From Octopus bimaculoides (Eukaryota): a DNA stretch of 51,792 bases. Shown in pieces: positions 13,924 through 26,800 of the stretch. Location: NCBI RefSeq assembly GCF_001194135.2, contig NC_068983.1, positions 104,391,516 through 104,443,307 of the forward strand, read 5' to 3'. The translations under genes and the position numbers were made by a program. Each line of letters begins with the position of its first letter. The stretch's first letter is position 1. The notes under the pieces were generated by a model. That model saw only the letters and a list, made by a program, of their open reading frames with translations. It had not been told where the DNA came from and searched no databases.

Positions 13924-14103
13924 TGTAGGTTAACAAGGCAACCAACGGTTTCATGTGAAGTGATCTTCACAATTGTTCAAACATGCTACATGGAAGTATT
14001 GGTACTTGTCGCCAGAGATGAGTACCTATACTTTCATGTGGCACACTTAAACATTTGTGAAGATCTCTTCATATGAAATCATTGGTTTCCTTGTTAACCC
14101 ACA
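13924..14103. repeat. ~180-bp imperfect palindrome
   Basis: Arms of ~84 bp with about 15 mismatches by manual alignment, around a 6-12 nt loop. Confidence 0.9.
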
Positions 14104-14110
14104 AATTATA

Positions 14111-14318
14111 TATGAGGGGGTGCTAAAAAATACCTGGCTTTGGGTAAAAGAAACTACAGGAGGATCAGTTAATTATGATTTTATCCAACATATTCCTCTC
14201 TCAGATTCACACACTTTTTGCAGTTTTCGTAAGCCCTGTAAAAGAACTTGGAAGGTGGGGCTTCCAATGTGGCCTTTCGCTATACCCTTAAAGCCAGGAA
14301 TTTTTAGCCCTCCCTCAT
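14111..14318. mobile_element. Tc1/mariner-type MITE
   Basis: ~30-bp TIRs: atgagggggtgctaaaaaatacctggcttt / aaagccaggaatttttagccctccctcat. Confidence 0.75.
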
Positions 14319-17076
14319 CTGTGTGCATGTGTGTAAGGCTTCTATACAGTTTCTATCTACCAATTACATTTACAAAATATTGGTCGGCCTAAGGCTACAG
14401 CAGAAGGCACGTGTCCAAGGTTCCACACAGTAAGATAAACCTTGAAAGTATGTGATTATAAAGTGGTTTTTATGTCCACACTTAAAAGTTGTTTCTTAAA
14501 TTGTATTCAAATTAGTGTAAAAGTTAAAAAGCATCGATGTCTAAAACCTTATAAGAAATTTTCCTTAATCAGTTAATGACCAGGCTCATGGTATGAACTT
14601 CAATAAACTTAAGTTATTTTATAAAACAAATAACTGCTTGTTTAGTTGTTTGCAGCTAAACATTTAAGTGCTATTAGCAAAGGTTGTTTATGTGTTGCAT
14701 AATAAGTGAATTTAAAAACATGCCTAAATAAACAAAATTATGCAAATTACTTTACATAAATATAAAGTGGAGACGAGTTATTAGAAAATAGGAGCAGTAA
14801 ATGCTGAGATTAAAAATTAATTTATGCTCTGTGCTGTGAAATAACTATTCTATGTGTGTGTGTGTGTGTGTATGTGAAGATATTTACTTCCCAGCCACTT
14901 GTTTTCAGATTCAGTCCTACCAGGTGGCACCTTGAGCAAATGTCTCCTACTATAACTCTGGGCCTACCAAAGCCTGATGAATGGTTTTAGTAGAAATGTC
15001 TGGCTATGGGGGAACTATTACCTTACTTGGATTTAGAAGGATATCTGTTTGTAGAAAATCTGCCTCAATAAATTCTGTCCGCCCATGTAAGTGTGGAAAA
15101 ATGGCTGAAAACAATGATGATGATCATCATCATATGTGTGTGTGTGTGTGTGTGTGATGCAATGTGTCAGTGTCAGCATCAACTGTTGCATGCTGTAATA
15201 TTCATTATTATACCTATTAATTCAGTGTCAGTTTGTGACATTTTATTTCGTTTTTGGATTTGGTTTGCAAGATTCTTTATGTGAGTTCGTGTGTTGAAAC
15301 ATATTCTGTTGTGTCTGGGGAGAGTCATTCTCTTTTGGTGCCTTATAATTTAACACACTCACTGGTAAAATTTCCACTTATTTCTTTTTTATTTTTCTAA
15401 AATTTTCGTTGCGTCTTGCAACAAGATTTTGAATGCTCAACTAGAACTAAAGCAGTTATTACTTTCTTCCATTAGCTATATTTTTGTTCTGTCTAAACAA
15501 ATGATACTATCAGTGTTTTCGTAATCAATTTGAAAATACATTGCACGGGTGATTAGCCCATTCAACTTCACCAGCTTTACCTGTTTCCATCTCTCACGAC
15601 GAGGATGAGGGGTTGGCCTATACTCCGCGTTGGAGGGTTAAAGGCAAGAAAGAAGAAAGAAACAAATGATATAATGCTTATTAGAAATAAGGAAGAAAAA
15701 TATGGGTAACTAATTCACTCTTTTGATCTTGTCAAGAGATGATTTTTTCTTGACATCCACTGAAATCCAGGCCTTTTTTTTTTTTTGGCATATGGATTGT
15801 TTTATTATTAGATTCAACTATACATATTAATTTTCTTAAAGATGTGGATGAATACATTGGTGTGTCTAGTAGAAGTTGTGTCCTAAGTACAAACAAACAA
15901 AAAAACATGATGGAGGTATGTTGGATTGTTGGCATGACTGTTTTCGTATATGTGGAATAGTATTATAACACATCCTTTTAATAATGTGCACTCATCCAAC
16001 ATCTCTTCTGTTAACTTTTTTACTTTTCCATTCTCTCTATACAGACGAAGCAAAGCATAACTGGAGAAATAAACCAACTAACCAGCTTTTATATTGACTA
16101 TTGTGTGCGTGTCTGTGTGATTTATGATGTGTTTGCTTTAAATGCAGGACAAGTTACCATATGAATTAAGGCTCCATATTTATACCATTATAAGCTTTTA
16201 TATTCCAATATTGCACACTCACCTAAGCAGTAAGTCATGTATATTTAGAGTTAGGCTGTAACATATGAAAAGAACCTCATAAAATTGAAATAATAACAAA
16301 TTAAAACAAATTATTAATATTTCAACTCCTTCATTATATTTATTTTAATAATAACCATTTTTTCTGATAAAATTATTGAAATATAATTACGAGTCTTATT
16401 TGAATTCTGAACAAGTTGACTTTAACTTTTGTCCTTAAAAAATAATTACCAGTTGAGCACTGGGGTTGATCTAACGGACTTACTTCTTCCCCTAAAATAT
16501 TGCTGGCCTTGTGCCAAAATTTGAAACCATTATTTTGGTAAGTGCTAGAGACAACTCTGAGCATGAGGTAATCTTATTATGACCTCATCTGCAAAGCATA
16601 AGTTTCATTGTACCTGCTAAAGTAGTGATGGAAAGATCACCAATAAAATGTGCAAGAACTTATCTGGTTGGCATAAAAACTATATTACCCACTTTCATCA
16701 TCTGCTTGAAAAAAAATATATAGCTATGTCTTGAGAATGGCCCTTTTCATAGCTATTTCTATGCATGTACATACTGTGTCTCATGAGAAATATTTATGTG
16801 AAAAATGAAATATTGAAAATATTCTGTCAGTCACTACATATAGACATCAATATTTTATTGCCGTAAAGTTTAACAGTTTTGTTTGATTTTTCCTGTTCTG
16901 TGTACACTTTATATATATTTGATACCCTGTCTTTGGTTTCACTCAAATATGAAATATCTTGCTTATTCTTGTAGCAACAGACAAAACTTATATATTAGCT
17001 GATAGTTTACTTATCTTTGCATTTTTGTCATCAGTTGATGCTGCTAATGTTTCTGTGTGCATACAAAATCAATTAA

Positions 17077-17114
<38 letters not shown>

Positions 17115-19199
17115 AAATGTTTTGTTTTATAAAAGAAGTAGGTTAATAAACTAATTATATAATCTGCATATCCTGTAGAAAACTTTAAAGAAATTTCTTT
17201 TCGTGGGAAGGATTTATTAGAAGAGATATTAAGTGTAGCTTATATTTAGTGTTTGTAACTCTGCTTGGTTTTGTGGCAACTTATGGTTTCATTTCATTGT
17301 TTGATGGTCACGCTGACAGAAGAAAACAGTTACAGAAATTTAAACTAATTCTAGAATGTTGAAATATTGTTTTCATAAAGCAAGCAAAATCTTACCCTTG
17401 AAACTTGGGAAAGTATTAGAATATTTTATATTCAATATATATAGTTGCTGGTTAATATATGTTGCTGATAAATATATTTATTTGGCTAATAATATATATT
17501 ATTTGCTGATGAATTGATTATTTTCTTACTTTGAATCTGTTGTATCTCTTGTTTGTTTAGACCTAGATCAATCTAGATTGAGCAAACAGGTCTATCTTCA
17601 AAGAAATTGTAGATGTGATCTGATTTTTTTTTTTTTAGTTAGAGTATATCTCATGTTTCCCTTATTTAAGGTGGTAATACATGTAATTTGTGGGAGGTTT
17701 AGCTCAATCTGTATCTGTTGGGTGATAAAGCACTTTTGATATCTTTTCTTAGTGATAGAGAAGTGCTTATATTTTTTTACTCTTGCAGTTTTATGTGAAT
17801 AATTGCCTTCTTAATGGACTAGCAAATAATTGTCCCAACAGCTAAACACTGATTTAGTTCCTTATCTTCTGCCAGCTTTTTTGTTTTTGTTTTGGTTAGA
17901 TTGCTATGTGAAAGTTGGTGGGTAAATCACCTTCCAAAGAGTATTAAACTGACTAAAGGATAAATAACTACATCTTGACATCCACTGAAATCCAGTGGCA
18001 TATATCCATATTTGTTAGATTCAACTATTCATATTATTTTTCTTAAAGATGAATACATTGGTGTGTCTAGTAGAGTTTATGTTCTAAGTACAAAAAAAAA
18101 ACAACAACAAAAATTAAAGGAATGAAGGAGACATGAGGATGCTGGGGTTCTGTAATTCAAAGGAATATATTATTTGTAGTGCAGATTTATAGTTACATGT
18201 TATTAACTATCTTTCTATAAGCAGAGTTCACAAGAAATGCTTGATAGCAACAAAAACATGTTCACCTTGCCCGCATGTAACACAAATCTCAGAAAGGCAG
18301 CTAGTGAATAGTCACCGACCTAAAATTAGTGCTTCATCATTCTGTTTAACTTAGCAATAACCACACCAAGAATTATGACTAATCACTAGTTTACATTCAT
18401 TTCTTTTAGAGGCAGAACAATATTGAGAGCAATATTATTTTGTGTATATAAAACAAATGGCTACAAATAGCCTTTTTATGTATATTAGTCATTAGTTATA
18501 ATTGTTGGCTTAGTTACCTGCTTAGTTAAACAGAATGATGAAGTGGTGTTAATTTTGAAGTCTGGCATAGCAACACCATTATTTACTAAGGATCTCAACT
18601 CTCTTTCACTTCCTCCAGCTGTCACAGTGATTAGTTATTTCTGAATGAAAGGCAGAGTAAATAAAACTTGTAAGAAATGAAATTCTATATAGCTATGAAG
18701 TATATATTGTTTCTCTTTATATCAAAAGAGACATGAAATGTTGAATATTTTATGTTAATTTTTTAGCAAGATTAAGTACATGTGATTTGAATGATTAAGC
18801 ACGACTAGGATACAACTGAGACAATTTATGTATAGATATAATATGTGAATAGAAGATACTAGATAGTTAAAGACTTAGAGTTGATAGAATATACTTGTGG
18901 TAGATATGGACCAGTGAAAGCTAGATGATTTTATTAAATCAAGTATAATAGCATTATAACTAAAAATAAGGTGATACAGAATCATAATAATGAGATAAGC
19001 AATTTTAAGAAGATATAGAAAATCCTCTTATATAAAATCATCATTATAATTTTTTAATTTCAATTTTTGATGCTAGTATGGTTTGGATGGGTTATCTTAA
19101 GTGTCAATTTTATTTGAAATTACTGGTCTCTTAGAAGCATAGCCTGCAATTCATCTTTTAGGGATCATACCTTGTTTGTGCACTCCATTTTGTACAGAG

Positions 19200-19565
19200 T
19201 GTTGTTGTTGGCACTCCGTCACTTACGACGTCAAGGGTTCCAGTTGATCCGATCAATGGAACAGCCTGCTCGTGAAATTAACATGCAAGTGGCTGAGCAC
19301 TCCACAGACACGTGTACCCTGAACGTAGTTCTCGGGGATATTCAGCGTGACACAGTGTGACAAGGCTGACCCTTTGAATTACAGGCACAACAGAAACAGG
19401 AAGTAAGAGTGAGAGAAAGTTGTGGTGGAAGAGTACAGCAGGGTTCGCCACTATCCCCTGCCAGAGCCTCGTGGAGCTTTAGGTGTTTTCGCTCAATAAA
19501 CACTCACAACGCCCTGTCTGGGAATCGAAACCACGAGTCCACTGCCCTAACCACTGGGCCATTGC
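19200..19565 (-). mobile_element. tRNA-headed SINE family D with (CAA)n tail; second copy 12968-13291 (+)
   Basis: A-box-like tggcccagtgg and B-box-like ggtttcgattccc head; the two copies align closely and end ggagtgccaacaacaac. Confidence 0.88.
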
Positions 19566-20403
19566 ATCTCCACTGTACAGAGTGTACTATGAGCAATTTA
19601 CATTGCTGACCAGACTGAAGAGTCTTCTCTTGTCTCATCTGTATCATTTTATATGTATCATCATTTTATATTTGCTTTCCATATTGGCATGTTTTGGACA
19701 GTTGTCACAGTCTGAGTCATTTCTTATTCAGAGTTACACCCAGGCATGGTTGGAGACCTCTTCTTACTAATGTATTTTATTTTGGTATGGTTTCTACTGA
19801 TGAATGACTCTCCTTATACCAACTATTTATATGTACTGCGTGCATTTTATTATTATGACATCAACACCAGAGAAGTTGTCTCCTAAATGGTCCTCTTGAC
19901 CTTATAATATCTCTGATTATTCACCAACCACTTTATAGAATGTATTGGAACATTCTATCAAGGCACCAGAACTTGTGAGGTTGCCTTGAACTCTGCAAGA
20001 CAGAGATCTTCACTATTTGATGTTGTCTCCATTTGTTCACTTCAAGAGATAGCCATTTTAAAAGATGAACAAGAGGAGAAGGGCAAAGATGAAAGAGAGA
20101 GAGAGAGAGTTTGAAAAAGTGCTACAGGAGTAATAAAGATAGGCAGTAAAGGCAGAATATAATGAGAGAAAGAGGGTAGGTGGGAGAGAGAGATGCTAGT
20201 GACTGCTGTATTATTGCTGGTTTGAGAAAAAAAAAAGGGGCAATTAATGGGTTGTGGTGATAGTTGATGGTAAGAGAGCATGAAGGGTGGCATGGTGTTG
20301 GGAATAGATGGAAGTGGGTAGATGAAAGGGTATCAGATAGACAAGAAAGGCAGAAGATGGACATTTAGTAGCTACAAAGTAGGTAAAAGGCCCAGTTGTT
20401 GAA

Positions 20404-21394
20404 TTATATTCCAGTTTCTATCATTAATTTTCATTTTAAGATGCTATTTGCTATGCTTGCATTGCTAGAAATATATAATCACCTATCAACATGCTCCTTT
20501 ACCAGTTCTTTCACAGATGCAGTGTCTTGGGATTAGTTTGCACCATTTAGTCTGGTGTCTTCTCTGCTCTCTCTCTCTCCTTCTCTCTCTTCATTTCACT
20601 TTCAATACTTGACACCATGCCCATACCAGCCCAGTCTTGTCTTTTAAACACTACATTTGATTCCTTTTATATTCAGTTTTTCTCTCACCTCATTTGTACT
20701 CCACTATTAATGCATGTTAACGTTATACATCCAGCAAACCATGCTCACTTCATTTCTTTCTAGTTTTCATGAATACACTGCAGTCAAGGCTAATATCTTG
20801 CTATCATACAGTATGCACTTTGGTACAAGCTGTATACAGTCTGCCCTTCACTCAGAGAGAGAGAGAGCATCTATTGCCAGTAGAGGTAATAGTTCCCCAA
20901 ACCTTTTCCTATCCATTTTTACTCTCGCTACTATACTTACAGAATTAGCCTGGCTAGGTAACAGAAACTATCAAGTACTACTAGGGAGGCACCCAGGCAT
21001 TTAAGAGAATCTATTTCCCCTGGGTGCTCTTAGTGCTTATTGGCCTTGTCTACTTGCCCTATATGACAGCTGTCTTCTTCATTGCCTACCTGCGATACCA
21101 CTACACCTCTGCTATGTCCGTTGCTTACACTGAACCCACCATATGGACTTTTCCTCTCTACTTCTTTTCTGCATACCAAGCACAACCACTTTCCTGAAGG
21201 TAGAAAGTCTTGTCTTCTTTCCTACCAACTAAAACTTTAGTGTTTGTTATGTTTATTTTAAGGCCATTCAATTCCAGGTTTCAATTCACTGTCTGGAATT
21301 TCTTCTCTAATTTTTCTACAGATCCTGCAATAAGAACTAACTCATAGGCATGCAGGAATTTCCATGAACAACTGGTGTTAAACTCCTCCATTAT

Positions 21395-21474
<80 letters not shown>

Positions 21475-21667
21475 TCCAGTTTCTATCATTAATTTTCATT
21501 TTAAGATGCTATTTGCTATGCTTGCATTGCTAGAAATATATAATCACCTATCAACATGCTCCTTTACCAGTTCTTTCACAGATGCAGTGTCTTGGGATTA
21601 GTTTGCACCATTTAGTCTGGTGTCTTCTCTGCTCTCTCTCTCTCCCTCTCTCTCTTCATTTCACTTT
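20404..21667. repeat. Near-identical ~200-bp direct duplication (20404-20602 and 21469-21667)
   Basis: Essentially identical by eye apart from the CT tract. Confidence 0.93.
20690..21240 (-). mobile_element. RTE LINE fragment
   Basis: Minus strand KVLVGRK...PSGKWLCLVCRKEV and VKGRLYTAC, typical RTE C-terminal segments. Confidence 0.75.
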
Positions 21668-21870
21668 TGGGAGAATTTACGAAAAAAACAACAGATGAAG
21701 ACAGGTGGTGTAAACAACAAATGGATGTATTAGTTTAACGCTCGGGAATAGAGAAAGTCTTTGACGTTTCGAGCTACGCTCTTCAACTGAAAGGAACACA
21801 GAAAGAAATAAGGAGAGAAACAAGGAGAAAAAAATATATATATAAATGTAGTGGTCAGCGATCTATCATA
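21668..21870 (-). mobile_element. Probable Penelope-like element terminal repeat fragment
   Basis: Minus strand ttgaagagcgtagctcgaaacgtc is the TGANGA...GAAACGT signature typical of PLE terminal repeats. No coding part seen. Confidence 0.55.
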
Positions 21871-22899
21871 TATATATATAAAACAGTTTAGCTAGATGTG
21901 AAATACACTTCAGGGATTTGATTATTCTTGAAAAACTTTGTTTTATTAGTGAGCAGAAACAGCTGTAATTTATGAGATGTGTCATTTGTTTGCATAAAAT
22001 ATTTAAATTGAATTGAATTTATAATTGTTCAATTTATTGTTTTGTTTTTCCATTTCTGATTTATATATTATATTAAGGGCATTACTACACCTAAATGCCT
22101 CACGCTATGAGGGACTCTTAAAGCCAAAACTACCATGATAAATATACAGTGTACCGACAGCAAGGGAATGCAACTTGGAAGTCATTTCATAAAAACGGAT
22201 TCAGCCGCAAATCATTTGATTTCATAGTTAGTGAACATAATCCACTTTCTAATCGTCAGTGCAGGCATAATCAAGGCACATAAAAATGAACAAAATTCAA
22301 CATACCAGACAAACACCAAATATATCCAACATAGCACATAGAAATGTTCACACTTATATATCTATGTAAGGGGCAGGCTTTTCAAATTACATCTTGGTAC
22401 ACATGTATATTCGGAATAATTCAGCACTGAATAGATTCCGGTTAAATTTAAAATTAAATATAGGATAAAATCTATATCAGAATTTATCAAGTAGCCAGCT
22501 TGATAAATTCTTATATAAATTTTATCTTATATTTAATTATATATATATATATGTATGTATATGAGGGAAGTGCTGCCTTCCAGCAAATTTGTTGAAAGGT
22601 ATATGAAATGAGAGTAGCAAGCATGGTCTGAGAGAATGGGTCTGCTCTGAACATGTACTTGTAAATTGCAGATGAACAACTGGGAGAAGGCCTTAGTGGT
22701 GAGGGTGACTGTCATTTTATGATGTTTCCATGAGTAGCCCTCAGAGATCTCCAAACTTAGTTCAAATTTTTTTTTGCTTTCATTATTTCTCTCGTTATAT
22801 ATATATAATCCTGCACTATATCCTCTTATACCATGCTTGTTTTTTTTGTTAACCTTTATGTTTAATAAAGAAAGCATTCTTCTTCTCCTGCTCCTCGTT

Positions 22900-23870
22900 A
22901 TTATTGAAGATATTGCACAGTATCCCATATAAGTGTCCAGTTGTTTCTTCAGGTTTGGTGGTATTGAACCCAATGCTTCGATGACAATGAGAATGATCTT
23001 TATGTTTGACTCTTGCAGCTGCCACATCTTGACAGTTTGAATTTTCAGGTCTCCATATTTGTTGACTTTTTCTCTTTTTTTCCATGTCAATTATTAGGCA
23101 CTCTTGCTTGTCCTTCTTAAAGGCTACTATATCTGGTGTTTAGTGCCTTAACACTTTGTGTGTCTGAAAATTAAAGTCCCAGAGGATCATTGCCTTCCTG
23201 TTTCTGTTCATTACTTTTTCTGGTGTATGTTGGTCCCAAGTGCCCATTACCTCACTTTCATATTTCCGATACTGTAGCTAGTGAAAGTTTAGGACCCTGT
23301 CATGTCTGTGCTTGTATTCTTTCTGTCCAAGACTTTCACAAGTACTAATGATGTGAGTCACACTTCTGACCTTCTTCCCACACATTCTGCAGGGGTTCAT
23401 TGCATGTCTTCCATTCACTCTCCATTTGGCAAATCTATGCCCCTGTAATCTGCTCTTTTCCCTTATTTTAAAAGGAGCACTGCTCACTTTCAGATCTTGA
23501 AGTCCATTCCTGTATCCTTGCTGCACATATACAATCTCAACTAACCTCTGTGATATGCATTCAGTGTAGCATTGCACCCTCAATGCTTTTGCTTGTATAT
23601 GTTGTTTTAGGGTTTCAATAACAGTTTTGAACCTGTTCTTTTCTATATGGTATTTTTTTCAAGATATGCCTTCACATCTTTTTCAGTATATTTCCATTGC
23701 CCTTTAGACCATTCTTCTATGTGACTCAAATCTTTATGCAAGGTTTTAATATCACCTTCAGTTCTCCACTTCCACCATAGCTCCTTCTGTTTGCCTGATT
23801 CCTCTCTTTCCCATATCATTGCCAGTATTTCAGATCATGTTCACTAACTTCTATATATGTGAATTGTTAT
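22900..23870 (-). mobile_element. R4/Dong-like (RLE endonuclease) LINE 3' portion
   Basis: CRMCGKKVRSVTHIISTCESLGQKEYKHRHDRV (CCHC knuckle) and KVNKYGDLKIQTVKMWQL...IVIEALGSIP (restriction-like endonuclease end). Confidence 0.85.
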
Positions 23871-26800
23871 TACTATTCTGTTGTTAATATTCTGTAAACT
23901 TAAGCCAGCTACTGATTCCCATTGATTTAATGTAGGTCAGGTTATTTTTATTTGTCTATGGTTGAGATTTCGAGTAGCAAGTAAAAATTTGGAAATACCA
24001 ACTGTTTCTTTTCTTTTGTTTGTTATGAAAATGTCAGTCTGTTACTGAAACTGCTATTAATAACAAGCCATTGTTTTAATTTCTTAAAAGTTTACATTGT
24101 TTTTTTTTTCTTTTACTCTTATTAAGTACTTATAAACAGTATGGTTAGTCTAACTCTTTTTCTGCATAAATATTTTGTCAAATGATCAAAGCAGGTTTGA
24201 GTATGCTATGCTGATGAATCTCAAATGAAAACTATAGCCATCTCTTGTTTGTAGACAAAGATCAAATTTCCTCCTAAGTATATAATTCTGAGAGATAATT
24301 TGCAATTTCTTGAAATTATCCTTCTTTTCTTAGAGAATCATTAACAATTATACTTGGTTTTTATTTTCTTTTTTCAATTAAGTAACAGATCTTAGTAAAT
24401 TGATAATTTTGTTAAAAATTATATCATTCAGTTTTTCTCAGCTGTAAATGTGTAACCCTGTGACAGATTAGCATTCCATTCAGGGGAATGTTGGCCTGCC
24501 CACCTAGTCAGCAGGGTGGCATCATTTGAAGGCCAACGTGAGGGGATATGCGGTGATTAATTATTTATTACCACACCTGACAGTCTGGTCGATACAGTGA
24601 CAGCATTCAGTATGTCACTGCTTAACATCAGTATAGTTAACATTAGTCATTTCAGTTATCAATGCTAATGTTGGTTTTAACCTCGTTTGTTTTAGGTTGA
24701 AAATTAATTGTAATAAGGTTGGCTTTTATCTGGTTCATCTTTATATGCTGCTGCTGATCTGCAAATTGAATCACATCTGATATTGTTATATTTGATTATC
24801 TTTACATATCCATACCTTGGAGCAAGGATCTAACTGTTATTTGTCTGATATTTTCTGTTTTTCATTGTGGTAGAATTGAAGAATTGTCTGAGTGTCAGAC
24901 TAAATCTTTGGTAATATTTAGACATGCCCCTTTGTTTCTGAATTCAAATTCTGTCAGGGTTGTATATTTCTAGTACTTCTTCTGATCCAAGAAGGCTCAA
25001 TAGAATAAATATCAGAAATAAACAATAATAATTTTAATTGATTATATGCCTTCCATACAAATTTATGGCTTTGTGTAAGAAGTTGATATTTTCTATCATC
25101 CTCATGATCATCATGATCATCGTCATCATCATCCTTTAATGTCTGTTTACCATGCTGGCATGAGTTAGCCAGTTTGACCAGAGTTGGCAAGCTGGGAAGC
25201 TGCACGAGGTTCCAGTCTGATTTGGCTTGGTTTCTATAGTTGGATACCCTTCCTAATGCTAACCACTAATGCTAATGCTAACTGTGTGGAAGCATGTTAT
25301 GTATATATATGTATATGTGTTTGTTTGAGTTGGGCAACAGGTATTGGTTTATGTTCTTGTAACTTAGTGGTTCAGCAAAAGAGACTGATAGAATAAGCAC
25401 CAGACTTTAAAAATAAATACTGGTGTCAATTTGTTTGACTATACCTTTCAAGGTAGTGCTTCAGCAATGCTGACAAATGAAATGATAAAAGATACATGTT
25501 TTTTTGTTAAAAATTTTTAAAGCTGTAAATCAAAAGAAAGTTATCAAAGACAAGAGTTAAATCATTATCTGTACAGGATTTCATTTTTTCCTGTTTTTCT
25601 CTTTCTTTTTTTTTTACTTTCTAAATTCTAGTATAATGCAGACTATATGGTCAAAAGTTCAAATCCTACAACTGTCATTGTATTATGCTTCTGAACATGG
25701 CACATAACTTTACTTACTCTAATTTGCTTGACTGCATGTGTAGGAGTAAGCAGGGAATGAAGCTCTCTGTTATTTCACAGTTGAATAGTTAGCATAGGAA
25801 AGACGTCTATTTGTAAAAAACAATCACCATTAATAACTACACACACCATTCCATCATTCCATGCATGCATGTAAAAATGGAAGGGAGAGAAAAAAATCTA
25901 TAAATATTCATAGATCTTTCAATACTGTCATCCCAAAGCATTTTATTGATGTGGTTCCAGCTCCAGTTAATTTTAGTACTGTGATTCCTGCTATGCAACA
26001 TGGTTATTTTAGTGCTTTGATTCCAGTTACAACAAACAGTTGGTAGAGTAGTTTATACAAATGTTTTAAATGGCATCTGGGATGATTTCACCATATACCG
26101 TCTCTTCAGTTATACATCTGGTTTGTACATTGTTACTATATCTCTAAACAGTTGCTAATATCATAGGTGTTGCTAAGGCAGCAAGCTGACAGAATCATTA
26201 GGGTTGATAAAATAACTACCAATTGGGCACTTAGGTTGATGTAATCAACTAGCGCCCTTGCCCCAAATTTCAGGCCTTGTGCCTATTGTAGAAAGGATTA
26301 TCATAGATGTAGCTTCAACAACAGTACAAATATTGCACACACTTGAACATACCAAAGAAAGTAGCATCAGCAGTCCTCTTCTGATTGAGATTAAGTAAAA
26401 GAAACTCTTTATCTTTTCTTGAATATAAATCACAAATTAATTTTTACCCCTAATGGGGCATAAAAAGAATTCAGGACAATGTGTCATCATCATATTGAGC
26501 AGAATTGTTAGAGTATCAGACAAAATACCTTGTGATATTTCTTATAACACTTTACATTCTGAGCTCAAATCCCTCCAGGGTTAACTTTGCCTTTCATCTT
26601 TTCATGGTTGATGAAATGAAGTACCGGCTGATGGTATTGACTACCCTATCCCCTAAAAATTTTAGGTGCTGCATCCACAAAGGAGAGTATACCCACTGAG
26701 AACTTTTTGGTAATTCAAAAACCACATACCCTCACCCACTTTTCCATGATAAGGTTAGGGCTTCGAATCTTCCAAACAGACACATGACATGTCACTTAGT

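Noticed and set aside
18518-18640. Minus-strand segment with a strong acceptor and donor
   Set aside because: Stops in all three frames from the strong acceptor, and its end overlaps an inverted repeat arm.
22533-23090. 185-aa minus-strand ORF as a host gene
   Set aside because: N-terminal part is R4/Dong endonuclease; the rest is low-information read-through.
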